64,000 nt of DNA. Origin: a virus. Shown here piece after piece: positions 17,357-27,685 of this stretch (position 1 is its first letter; every line of letters starts with the position of its first letter). Position numbers and translations under genes: made by a program. The DNA is taken from the IMG/VR virus record IMGVR_UViG_3300046804_002503, positions 1 to 64,000 of that record; one strand, written 5' to 3'. The notes under the pieces were generated by a model, which saw only the letters and a program-made list of their open reading frames with translations, searched no databases and was not told the origin of the DNA.

Positions 17357-20300
17357 TTAGTTAGGAATGTTGTAAAGAGGCATCATGTAGTCTTTACCAT
17401 TTACTGTCACTCTTAAATAATTGGCTATAGACCCAGCAGCGGTTGCACCGGGCTCTAAAGCCAACGGATTAGAGTTAGAACCCAATGCTAAACTGGTGTT
17501 TAAAGTGGTTGTAGCATTTTGTCCAATAGCTATACCAGCTCCAGGTGTAAAGTATCCAGTTATGAATTGAGCTGGAGGAGAAGATTTTATAGCCACACGA
17601 GATAATCGATAAGTGAATCTATTTATAACTTGAGTAATAACAACTGGGTGTACTTTACCATCTCCTTCGTCTTTAACATTTTCTGGGAAAGTGCCGAAGT
17701 AATCTTCTATAACAGTTCCTGGCCAGTTAAAGACTTGATAGGATGCTGGTGTAGTACTTGTGTCATCTAGTGGTATAAGGGTACCATCTTCTTTTTTACC
17801 TATTTTAACATATTGTGGTACTAAAATGTCAGCTAAATAATCTCCAACTCGTAAAGCAGAAATAGAAGTAACCACACTGCTTAATCCAATACCAGTAAGA
17901 GTCATTATGTCTGAACCAGTAGTTAATTGTATTGGTAAAGCAAATCGATAATCTGTTTGTTGGAAACGAGCTGTAAGGCGGGATGTACCGGTAGATGTGT
18001 AATTGACTGCACCCGGGAATGGTTTTGAAAGAGCCACACGAGTTTCATCTAAAATAGAAGTAATGTAGGTATTGGGGGCAAACAAATTATTTGCATTTCC
18101 GAATACAAATCCTTCTACCAACATACCAATTTTCATCTTATATCCTGGATCAATTTTTAATCTAGCATAAGTTAAATTGTTTCTATAATTGCTTAATGTA
18201 GAACCTTCTACTAAACCGTCATAAACTAACATTGCTAAATTTCTGCCAACTGTAGCCTTTTCTAATTCCATGTCATATACTATAGCTGTTGGAATTGTTT
18301 TGTTGGGGTTAGTTTCTGTGTTAGGCCTGTAAAGGTCAAAATAACTCTTATCACCGGTGTTAACGTTCCAAACACTGGTTTGTATTTGACTTTCATCTGT
18401 TATTAAATCTGTAAGTCTTGTATCTTGAGTAGAACCAGATACAAACACTCGAGCACCTACTGGATCAGATTGTATGGCGTATAACTCAACTGCACTGGTG
18501 AAAAGAGTTTCAACTGAGGTTTCTGCAGCATTTAATCTTTCCACATAATGAATGTAGCCAGCATCATTATTTTCTGTTTCTTGCTTTCTAGCATAATAAA
18601 CACGACCAGTGTTATCAGAAGATACGTCTATAATTGGTCCTGTGTTAGGTGAAGTAAGGAACAGACTGCTGAGATTTGCAACGGCTACGGTACTTAAACG
18701 GGCTGTAAATCCAGTTCCTTTGGGATTAAAGATTTTTCTAACTCTATTGTTAGCAGAGTCTGCTACATATAATATACCGTCTGGGGCCACGGCACCCCAA
18801 GGAGTAACTGCAGATGTGTTGGTGTTTAAAGTTAAACGTACAGGCTTATTTAAAGAACCGTAAGAACCAATAGCGTGATCTGAAGTTCCAATTCCTACAT
18901 TATTTAAATTTAAAACTCCGGTAGTTACTGGAGTTGGATTATCATCAAACAATCTAGCTTGTACTGCAGATTGTGTAAAAGGCCAATCTGCTGGGAAATT
19001 AGCAGAATTTACAACCCCAAAAGGAGTTGGTAAAGACTCATACAAAGGAGTATAAGCAAACGGACGCTGACCGAAGTTGATATGAGCAACAGATGCTCTG
19101 GCTGCCAATGCTCCTAAACGGATAAGAGGATAAACAGTTCCAGTAATTCCTGTAAATGCTACCCCTTGAGATATACCATTTTTATAAAAAGTTAAAGAAC
19201 CGTTTGTGGATAAAAGAACACTAATGACGTCCCCAATGCTGTAAGGTAAACCGTAAGCGGAACCAGTTCCTCCTGTGAATTTTCGACCATCACTAAAATA
19301 ACCATTAATGCCAGTTGCTCCGGTAGTTTGGGTAATATCTGAAGTTACACCTACAATAACCCCGGATGCATTTAGATCTGATATAGTAACTTCCCAATAC
19401 CAATTCCTGCTTCTATCTAATGGAATGTTACCATAACGATGGGCTCCAGTAGTTGTTGCAGCTAAAGCTGTGGACATGGTAAGATTGCCGTTAGATAAAC
19501 TGGTATTTGTCAGATCTCCGTTTGCTGGATTTAACGTAGCAAAGTTACCAACAGCTTGTCGAGGCTTTCCGGTTAGTATATTTGCTATAGATATTTGGTT
19601 AAGAGGAGTATCTGAACAACGATTATAAAGAGCCATTAGAAATGAGCTGGTATAAACCGGCACATCATCTACAATAATGCAAGACAACCAAAAATCTCTA
19701 GGTGCTGTTGTATCTCCGTGTCCAATAGTAATAGAGGTAAGGGTGGTTACCCCTAAATTAACTTTACTAAATTGAACTCCAGTGGCAACTCCGGGCACAG
19801 TTTGAGATGTTCCAGTAATATTTGCTCTAATAGATCCCGGAGAAGCCCATGCTAAATAACAATAAGCTTCTATTTTAGAGGTTGCTACTATAGGCCTTGA
19901 GAAATAAAGGGTAATAGCATTGGCGCCCGCGACAGCTGTTGCCTTGGCTATAGAATAACGATAAGCATTAGTATTGTCTGTAGAGGCGGGTAAAGTGGCG
20001 TTACCAAAAGCTCCGACACCATTTCTAGAATCCCAACCACTCAGTTCTGTTACAGTAGAGGAACCGGTGGTGCCGGTGAGGCTGAAAGAAACGATATTAG
20101 TTGGTGTAAAATTGTTGCCCCTGCCTGATGAATCTCCACCTATATCTGAGGCTACTACGTAAAATTTTAAATAAAATCCATTGGTTCCATAACTACCACT
20201 ATACTCCTTAGGAGACCATATTTTATAATTTTGTAATACAGCATCTGTAGAGTAATCATAAGTTCCAAAAGAACTTGCTGGTAAGGCTAGTCCGTCTACA

Positions 20301-23300
20301 AAAATGGCCTCTGTCATGTATCCATCAAATGCTGCTGTGGGTGCTAAAGAGGTACCCCTGCCCAATTCATGAACTACAGATGCATTCCATCCATAATCTG
20401 TATTTAAAATTAATGGTCTATAGGTGCTAAAAGATCTTACGATAGAACCATTTACATAAATACGTAATCTATCAGATTCTACAGGTTGTGTGGTATCCAT
20501 AGCAACCACTATATGATACCAAGTATTGGTGTCTGTAAAGGTTTGTGTGGTTTTAGCAAATACGTTGGCTGGTATTTGAGCACCTAAACCACTTACTACT
20601 AACGTATTGTCTGTACCAAAATAAATATAACCTTCTGAAAATTCAGAATTTGGTGTAGCTGCTGTGGGGGCAAATAAAACTTGAGGTGTAGTTGTAGATA
20701 AAGTTCCGCGTTTAACCCAAGCACTCCAGGTCCATGTTTTGCGGTTTCCACTGGCAAATGTTCTACTCAAATAAGTAGGAGCCAATACACCTGAGGAACG
20801 AAAACGTAACGAATTAATTGTGAGTAAAGAATCGTTTCCTCTTAAATTGTTAAGATCGAGGCTAGATGGAATTCTATTTATAGAAGACGGGCTTTGTACT
20901 TCAAAATCATAATACTTGGTTCTAGCTATAGCATCGGCTCCAGAATTAGCCCAAAAAGCCTGGGGAATAGCACTTAAGCTTCCGGCTAAGTTTGGACTAA
21001 TTGTATTAGTAGTTAAATTTATACGTTTTACAGCATTGTCCATGCTATCTGCCACATATAAAGTATCAAAGTTTGAATTTAAAGTTAGACCACGTGGACG
21101 GTTAAAGAACGGTAATAAACCACCGGCAAATGGTCTGACACCGCCTTGATCAGCAAAATCAAATGGAGTGTTAGTCCCGGCTGTGCCCACTTCACCGTGC
21201 AGGTGTCTGTCTGTAGCAAATAAACCTGAGCTAGTTCTGCCATATTTTAAGGTGATAGGATTAATGTAGGGATTGAATGGATGATCTTCATCTGGTAATC
21301 CGGCCACACCAGCATATGTTTCAATTACCTGTGACCTGGTGTGATAACGCCTGATAACATCATTTTTAGTATCAGAGAAATAAACTTGAGTTACAACGTT
21401 TCCACTGTTAACTACAGCAAAGTCTCTAATTGGATATTTCGGAGCAGAGAATGAAATTTTGGGTGCTAAATTATCAATAATAGCAACTGGTCTTAAATTG
21501 GCTATGGTTGTGTTTATTGGAGTTGAATTGGGTACTGCATACGGGTTACCATAAACTGTACTGAGGCTGTAAACCCTTGTGGCAGAGACAGGTAGATCTA
21601 TTCTACGTAATAAACCAACTTTGTCGTCTTTAGACACATCTAATAAGAACAAGCCATTTAATCCAGCCCCGTCAAAAGCTGCATTTTTGTAGAGCCCCGC
21701 TAAACCCATACAATTTACTAAAGAACCGTATAAACCGTAACGAGAATCTAATAATCTGTTATAGTTTACACTACCTACAATAGTTCTGCTAAATCCATCA
21801 TGTGGATTCATGTAAGGTCCAGTGTTCAACATGCGGACCGCGTTTCTATATCTACCACTGGAATTGTTGGCTGGAGCCGGAGTATTCCATCCCCAGAAAG
21901 TTGGAGAAGATCCCAAAACTGTGTGGCTGCTAGCTGTTTGGAATGTAGTTGTGGCACTGGCAAGATCTGGAGAAGATGTCAAGACATATAACTGATTAGA
22001 AGCAGCATTAGTTTGAGTTCCCCATGTTAATTGGGTGATGTTGTGGTAGAAAACAAATTCTCCCGGGCCAGACATTACATTATGTAATTTAAGGTAAGCA
22101 TGATGTGGGTGGGCTGACAACATGTTTACACCGGATATTCTACCAGAAAATACTTCAAACCAGTCTCCATTGTTGGGATGACGAGCGTTGTTGAAGGATG
22201 CGTTAGTTGATGGATATGCTACAGAATTTACTATAGGAACTGCAGAAGCTGGTCTGTTGTTCAAAGCCATTGAATAGCCTAAATAATCTAAAACTAATCC
22301 ATCAGGAGAAATTTTTCTAATAGTTGAATTGGCCGTTTCAGAAACATACAGATTACCACTAGGATCTACAGAAATACCATTGGCATCATATAAACCAATT
22401 CTCTGAGCTGGTAACCTTGTTCGTGGATTTGCGGGGTAATAATAACCAAATCCGCGATTAATTTGATCTGTTAAAGAAGTGCCTCCAACTAAAGTAGATA
22501 CTCTAACTCGAGTTATGTCATAAACTCCACCAGCTCTAGGCACGCTTGTTGTCAAAACTAATTTTCTAACATAACTTATAGAACTTCCTTGATTTAATAA
22601 AGTTGGTGCTACATTGGGATTACCAGAAGGTGTGTTAAAGGAGAGATTAGCTGCTACAGCGGGAGATCCAACTATAGATGTGTCTGTTACATAAAGATGT
22701 GTTTCTGTGTTAGATATTTCTTTGATAGCGATGCCTCTAGGGCCTAGGAACCTGGGCGATTCATTTGTAATTAAAGCAGCAGAATCTATAGAATCAAGCC
22801 CTCCATCTATTCTTCCACTGTTATTATTGCCAGCAACTGTAACGGTGGCTCCGGTTACAGTGTCTACTCGTCTAATTCTATAATTTAAAGTGTCTGTGAC
22901 ATATAAATATCTTCCATTAGAACTTAAAGCTAAACCGTAAGGAGCTTTAAACCTAGAAGCAGACCCAGAACTGGCATCTTGGTAACTTCCGTCTACGTCA
23001 TGAGGCAAAGCACCGGCTAAGAGAGTTACTGTGCGATCTACCAAGTTCATTCTCTTAATAGTGTTTGTACCAGTGTCGGCTATGTATAAAATTCTAGCAT
23101 TACTATCAACTGCTAATCCACGAGGTTGGAAGAAAGTTGTAATCAAAGCAGCTTGAGGTGAATTATAAACGTTAGTCGGCCAAGAAGGGTTAACAGTGGT
23201 TTGACCAACCCCTGCAAAAGCTGGCCAGATCTGTATATATGAATGATTTCCATACACATCATCTAAGGCAACTGCAGACAAGCAATGTATAGTACCGTTG

Positions 23301-26300
23301 TTTACACAAGATATATAAATGTTGTCATTATTATCCATCGTGATACCAACTCCATAACGATGGTCCGCTTCACTGGCTCCTAAATTATTTGAAGATAACG
23401 TACTGCCAAAATGGCTAGCTGGAAGGGTTGGTCTTAAAGGAGAGATTAATCTCTTATATCCATGTTGAGTTACCTTGTAGACACTGGTTGGTGCTCCTTC
23501 AGTTGTTAAAGTTGCGCGGGATCTCATGGTTCCGGCCGGAGCTACTCCTTTAACATTTCCCAATTGCTGGTCACCGTGTATGTTGGAATCTACGATTACA
23601 AGTTCTCCAGTACGAGGGCTTATAGTCATTTGTTGCGGATATCTTAAATTAGGATATGCTGTTCCGTGAATTGCAGTGTTGTTAGATACTGCATAAGAAG
23701 ATTTTGCTAAACTATATGTATTAGCTGGTAAAAATGCAGTTGTACCGGCTGGTATTTTAATAATTAAATCACTTAAGATTGTACCTGCATCTTTTAAGTT
23801 TTTAGCATCGTATGTAGTTGTCGGGGTTGCTGCTGCTCTGGCAGCAACAAAAATGTTTCCAGCCGGGTCTCTAGTTAAATTTACTATTTCTGTAATAGTT
23901 TTATTATCTAAAGCAGATTGATCACCTCTACGAGATACTTTGCTCAAGGAAGCCCTTGGAGTCACACTAAGCCCAACCCCAGCTGCATTTACTTCCACAT
24001 CCCAAATTACAAAACCATAAGAAGGACCAAAATCTCCGTCCAACATTAATTCTGAAGCGGTCGCATTATTAGAATTTAAAGTAGTTGCTCCATAATCTGT
24101 TTTAATTACAGTCGGAAAGCGTTTAGAATTTGCAAAAGTTAAATACCTTTTTGGTGTGGCTGCTCCATCAGTAACATAATTAATGTGCTTGGGTGCGTAG
24201 TATTGAGCACTTGTTAAACCTGTAATATTGTTGAAAATGTAAGGTATACCTATTTCTCCTACGAAACCGGATATACCACTAAGACCCGAATTAATCCCCG
24301 CGGCGTTGTTAATAGTTAAACCAGATCTTTTACCGGTTGCTATTTCTAATTTGAAAACTACATGATCTATGGAATCTGTAACATATACATAAACTCCGTC
24401 AGTTGTAGTAGAATAGCGACTAGATTGATTTCTAGAAATAATTGGTCCTATAGAATTGCTAGCTGCAGAATTGACCGAAGCTCCAACAATAGTAGAAGTT
24501 GCACCGGTTGCTAAATTAACTTTACGTATAGCCCCCAAGTCACCAGAGCTGTTATCATCTTCAAAAATGTAAGCAAATCCGGTGTTGTCTGTTACAATTT
24601 TGCGAGGTTGTCTTGGGAATGTTGGCACCTGAGTAATACAAGCTGTAGATGTACTGACTCCGGGAGCGTATCCATCTATTAAACCGGATTCAAACCCACA
24701 AGCTAAAGAGCTAGAAGAATTTGCCATACACCCAAAGGCGCCAATTGATAAATTTTTTGATTGGGTGTAAGTTCCTACTAAAGGTTCTTGACTTGTAGAA
24801 CAAATAGACAAAATACTAGATCCGCCATCTATTGCTGCATCATTATAACAAATGAAAGGATGGGTAAATTTAAGTAACGTATTATCTATGGAAGCATTAG
24901 CCACTTTAGACAAAACTATACGATATCTCCCGTCGCAATGCCATGCTCTGTTGACATTGTTTTGACCCGGAATGGGACTTCCTAAACATGCTTCATCTTT
25001 ATATACACTTGTAATAACAGTGTCTGTTGGAATACCGCAACCACATACATTAGTTTTTGGTGCAAATAAAGAAACGTCTATATTATAACCTAAACCAATG
25101 TCACATATGACTTCTGAACCATTTATAGTTTTGGCTACAGCTGCGTGATGAATAAAAGAACAATAATCTAAAAATATGCTGTTAGCTGTATTATTGAATA
25201 AAGGAGAGCTGCTTGGATCTAAAGGAATAGAAGGAATACTGAATCCAGCTTTTACAGTGTCATTAACATCATTTACACAAAGACCTCTTATTTTCGCGTC
25301 TGGACCAATTGCTATAGAGCCCCAAGTAGTTGCACCAGAATTAGATCCTAACACTGTCCCATAACAACGGGCCCAAGCACCACAACCAATAGAGGTTGAT
25401 CCAGTACAAGCCAAGCTATTATATCCATAAGCAGAACTACACTTTTGAGCATAGCTGCCTTCCGCAAAGGCAGTTCCATACTGACATGCTGTAGAACATC
25501 TTCCTATAGCTGTACTAGATGAGGTGGTATTAACATTTTGACCAATACTCATTGAATTGGTATTGGCATTAATACAAATACCAATTGCTAAGGAACAGAC
25601 AGAAGCACTACTACGAGAACCAATAGCAATAGACTCGTTAGCTGCTGAAGAGTTGTAACCAAGAGCTACAGAATAGTTACTAGATCTGGCTAAATTGCCC
25701 ATAGCTACAGAATAGCCATCTGAACAAGAATTTGATCCTACTGTAGCACTTTCACATCCAGCTATAGTTTCAGTTCCTACAGAGGTACCACCGTGAGCAG
25801 TTCCTTTAGCCTTAAAGCCGATAATAGTAGAATTATTAGAAGTAGATTCGACGCCGCAACCTATTAAAATTTGGTTATTAGCTGTTGCTTTAATTCCATC
25901 TCCCACCACAACAGATCCTTCACAAATTGCTTCTGATAAAGATCCAATAGCAACTGCATGTGTGGCCGCTTTAGCTTGATATCCTATAGAAATAGCAGCA
26001 TGAGAAGAGATGGCGGCTTCACCAATAGCAACTGAAGAAACAGCTCCAAGAGCACATGTACCTATTACGGTGTCTGACTCCTTTGCTATGGAACAATATC
26101 CGACCGCCACGGAGAAACAATCATTAGCACAGCTTTCATGTCCTAAGGCAGTGCCACATTGTGCAGAAAAGGAATCTCTTCCTATAGCAACACCAGCAAA
26201 ATTACTTTTTGCGTTATGACCAACTGCAACACCACCATCTGTAGCACAAGAACAAGCTCCAACTGACACCCCACACTGCTCCCCACAAGCTCCTACACCA

Positions 26301-27658
26301 ACACCGACGCCTTGATTACTACCGTCCGCGAACGCACCTAAAGCAGTACCAGCGACACAACCATCTGCATAAAGACCGACTGCCACACCACATCCACCAG
26401 AATTTGTAAAGTTACCGATCGATAAACCACAGTTTGAACTTTGAGCTCTTAAACCTATAGAAATACTATCTAAGCACGCACCGGCTGCAGATCCTATTAC
26501 TGTACTATTATTTCTCGCATTAGTAAGTTGACCTATGGCTATAGCTGAAACAGCAGCCTTTGCGTTATAACCCATTGCCACAGAGTCTAACCCCGCACAT
26601 GCTGCTATGCCAACTGTTACAGCGTCTACATTTCCTATAGCAGAATTTCCTAAGGTTACGGAGCTAGGACCATTACTACAAGAATAATATCCAATCACTA
26701 AGGACTCATTGTTTTTAGGTCCTAAAACGTGACCAATTTGTTGAGCCGCTGAGGCACAATTTGAGACGTCATAAGTTGCTAATTGTAATATAGCAGCTGG
26801 GCCTAAAACATTACGCAATTGCCCACCGTCACCCTGTAATACGGCTGCGCTTAAAGTGTTAAAACAGGCTTGGGTGCCTATAATCGGGCCTGTAAATGTA
26901 CCACCGGCAAGAGGCATTTTGGTCACATCTGTTCCAAAAACATTTGTTAATAGAGAACCGTCACCACGAACTAATCCGCCACTTAAAGTATTAAAACATG
27001 CATTGGTTCCAACTACAGGACCGGTAAAGGTACCACCAGCAAGGGGCATCTTGGTTGTGTCTGTGCCAAAAACATTTCTTAATAAAGAACCGTCACCTTG
27101 AATGCAGCTTCCACTAACATAAGAAAATGTTGCTTGAGTGCCGGTAATAGCTCCGGTGAAAGTGCCACCGGTCACATCAATTTTTGTAGAATCTGGTGGG
27201 TGAGAGTGTAAACCTAAAGCAAATCTATAATTGCCAGCTGAATTGTAAGAACCTGTACCACTGTTACCGCCTGGTGTACTACTGCACATATTTCCAGTGT
27301 GGGCTTGGGATTTAACAAATTCTGTAGATGCTATGTTTCTAGAATTATCTTCTAACGCCGGTGTACTAGTCAAGCTAGCCGGGTGAACGTGATCTGCTCT
27401 GGCATAGGTAGATAAAGCGCCAGGAGACGCAGAACCTAAAGATGATGGTGAAGAGTTACCGGGTGTAGGTGCCCCAGGCACGTCGGCTAGAGTCAATGTT
27501 ACATCTCCAGTTTTTCCAGCAACTGAACGAACGACGTTGCCTGTATAATTCAAAGAGCAAACACGACTAGCAGATAAAATTCCACCTACTGTAAAATTGC
27601 CAGATACGGCGGCACTGTTAGTAAGAATTTGCGGCTCTGATAGAAATTGATTAGGCAT
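17357..27658 (-). CDS. Giant (3433 aa) mosaic tail fibre/adhesin
   Basis: Fibre motifs SVAGKTGDVTL, YARADHVHP, IASTEFVK; YadA-head-like S.AIG..A repeats; NHL repeats (PRGLAVD...LYIADTG, PYGLALS...LYVTDT); LamG (TWTWSAWVKRG, WYHIVVA); SPRY (WYWEV, FYKNG, NFGQRPF); C-terminal YLRVTVNGKDY. Confidence 0.85.
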   Translation of the reverse strand: MPNQFLSEPQILTNSAAVSGNFTVGGILSASRVCSLNYTGNVVRSVAGKTGDVTLTLADVPGAPTPGNSSPSSLGSASPGALSTYARADHVHPASLTSTPALEDNSRNIASTEFVKSQAHTGNMCSSTPGGNSGTGSYNSAGNYRFALGLHSHPPDSTKIDVTGGTFTGAITGTQATFSYVSGSCIQGDGSLLRNVFGTDTTKMPLAGGTFTGPVVGTNACFNTLSGGLVRGDGSLLTNVFGTDVTKMPLAGGTFTGPIIGTQACFNTLSAAVLQGDGGQLRNVLGPAAILQLATYDVSNCASAAQQIGHVLGPKNNESLVIGYYSCSNGPSSVTLGNSAIGNVDAVTVGIAACAGLDSVAMGYNAKAAVSAIAIGQLTNARNNSTVIGSAAGACLDSISIGLRAQSSNCGLSIGNFTNSGGCGVAVGLYADGCVAGTALGAFADGSNQGVGVGVGACGEQCGVSVGACSCATDGGVAVGHNAKSNFAGVAIGRDSFSAQCGTALGHESCANDCFSVAVGYCSIAKESDTVIGTCALGAVSSVAIGEAAISSHAAISIGYQAKAATHAVAIGSLSEAICEGSVVVGDGIKATANNQILIGCGVESTSNNSTIIGFKAKGTAHGGTSVGTETIAGCESATVGSNSCSDGYSVAMGNLARSSNYSVALGYNSSAANESIAIGSRSSASVCSLAIGICINANTNSMSIGQNVNTTSSSTAIGRCSTACQYGTAFAEGSYAQKCSSAYGYNSLACTGSTSIGCGAWARCYGTVLGSNSGATTWGSIAIGPDAKIRGLCVNDVNDTVKAGFSIPSIPLDPSSSPLFNNTANSIFLDYCSFIHHAAVAKTINGSEVICDIGLGYNIDVSLFAPKTNVCGCGIPTDTVITSVYKDEACLGSPIPGQNNVNRAWHCDGRYRIVLSKVANASIDNTLLKFTHPFICYNDAAIDGGSSILSICSTSQEPLVGTYTQSKNLSIGAFGCMANSSSSLACGFESGLIDGYAPGVSTSTACITQVPTFPRQPRKIVTDNTGFAYIFEDDNSSGDLGAIRKVNLATGATSTIVGASVNSAASNSIGPIISRNQSSRYSTTTDGVYVYVTDSIDHVVFKLEIATGKRSGLTINNAAGINSGLSGISGFVGEIGIPYIFNNITGLTSAQYYAPKHINYVTDGAATPKRYLTFANSKRFPTVIKTDYGATTLNSNNATASELMLDGDFGPSYGFVIWDVEVNAAGVGLSVTPRASLSKVSRRGDQSALDNKTITEIVNLTRDPAGNIFVAARAAATPTTTYDAKNLKDAGTILSDLIIKIPAGTTAFLPANTYSLAKSSYAVSNNTAIHGTAYPNLRYPQQMTISPRTGELVIVDSNIHGDQQLGNVKGVAPAGTMRSRATLTTEGAPTSVYKVTQHGYKRLISPLRPTLPASHFGSTLSSNNLGASEADHRYGVGITMDNNDNIYISCVNNGTIHCLSAVALDDVYGNHSYIQIWPAFAGVGQTTVNPSWPTNVYNSPQAALITTFFQPRGLAVDSNARILYIADTGTNTIKRMNLVDRTVTLLAGALPHDVDGSYQDASSGSASRFKAPYGLALSSNGRYLYVTDTLNYRIRRVDTVTGATVTVAGNNNSGRIDGGLDSIDSAALITNESPRFLGPRGIAIKEISNTETHLYVTDTSIVGSPAVAANLSFNTPSGNPNVAPTLLNQGSSISYVRKLVLTTSVPRAGGVYDITRVRVSTLVGGTSLTDQINRGFGYYYPANPRTRLPAQRIGLYDANGISVDPSGNLYVSETANSTIRKISPDGLVLDYLGYSMALNNRPASAVPIVNSVAYPSTNASFNNARHPNNGDWFEVFSGRISGVNMLSAHPHHAYLKLHNVMSGPGEFVFYHNITQLTWGTQTNAASNQLYVLTSSPDLASATTTFQTASSHTVLGSSPTFWGWNTPAPANNSSGRYRNAVRMLNTGPYMNPHDGFSRTIVGSVNYNRLLDSRYGLYGSLVNCMGLAGLYKNAAFDGAGLNGLFLLDVSKDDKVGLLRRIDLPVSATRVYSLSTVYGNPYAVPNSTPINTTIANLRPVAIIDNLAPKISFSAPKYPIRDFAVVNSGNVVTQVYFSDTKNDVIRRYHTRSQVIETYAGVAGLPDEDHPFNPYINPITLKYGRTSSGLFATDRHLHGEVGTAGTNTPFDFADQGGVRPFAGGLLPFFNRPRGLTLNSNFDTLYVADSMDNAVKRINLTTNTISPNLAGSLSAIPQAFWANSGADAIARTKYYDFEVQSPSSINRIPSSLDLNNLRGNDSLLTINSLRFRSSGVLAPTYLSRTFASGNRKTWTWSAWVKRGTLSTTTPQVLFAPTAATPNSEFSEGYIYFGTDNTLVVSGLGAQIPANVFAKTTQTFTDTNTWYHIVVAMDTTQPVESDRLRIYVNGSIVRSFSTYRPLILNTDYGWNASVVHELGRGTSLAPTAAFDGYMTEAIFVDGLALPASSFGTYDYSTDAVLQNYKIWSPKEYSGSYGTNGFYLKFYVVASDIGGDSSGRGNNFTPTNIVSFSLTGTTGSSTVTELSGWDSRNGVGAFGNATLPASTDNTNAYRYSIAKATAVAGANAITLYFSRPIVATSKIEAYCYLAWASPGSIRANITGTSQTVPGVATGVQFSKVNLGVTTLTSITIGHGDTTAPRDFWLSCIIVDDVPVYTSSFLMALYNRCSDTPLNQISIANILTGKPRQAVGNFATLNPANGDLTNTSLSNGNLTMSTALAATTTGAHRYGNIPLDRSRNWYWEVTISDLNASGVIVGVTSDITQTTGATGINGYFSDGRKFTGGTGSAYGLPYSIGDVISVLLSTNGSLTFYKNGISQGVAFTGITGTVYPLIRLGALAARASVAHINFGQRPFAYTPLYESLPTPFGVVNSANFPADWPFTQSAVQARLFDDNPTPVTTGVLNLNNVGIGTSDHAIGSYGSLNKPVRLTLNTNTSAVTPWGAVAPDGILYVADSANNRVRKIFNPKGTGFTARLSTVAVANLSSLFLTSPNTGPIIDVSSDNTGRVYYARKQETENNDAGYIHYVERLNAAETSVETLFTSAVELYAIQSDPVGARVFVSGSTQDTRLTDLITDESQIQTSVWNVNTGDKSYFDLYRPNTETNPNKTIPTAIVYDMELEKATVGRNLAMLVYDGLVEGSTLSNYRNNLTYARLKIDPGYKMKIGMLVEGFVFGNANNLFAPNTYITSILDETRVALSKPFPGAVNYTSTGTSRLTARFQQTDYRFALPIQLTTGSDIMTLTGIGLSSVVTSISALRVGDYLADILVPQYVKIGKKEDGTLIPLDDTSTTPASYQVFNWPGTVIEDYFGTFPENVKDEGDGKVHPVVITQVINRFTYRLSRVAIKSSPPAQFITGYFTPGAGIAIGQNATTTLNTSLALGSNSNPLALEPGATAAGSIANYLRVTVNGKDYMMPLYNIPN
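25290..26710 (-). repeat. Degenerate YadA-head (Hep_Hag)-like ~13-14 aa repeats
   Basis: Recurrent S[VI]A[IVM]G..A units (SIAIGSRSSA, SVAVGYCSIA, GVAVGHNAKS); boundaries approximate. Confidence 0.75.
26798..27193 (-). repeat. 3 x 132-bp (44-aa) tandem repeat in the fibre N-terminus
   Basis: D.TK....GGTFTG...GT.A.F...S.....GDG..L.NV.G units starting at 27193, 27061 and 26929. Confidence 0.9.
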
Positions 27659-27685
27659 ATTAAATTAACTTTCAATACTTACACA

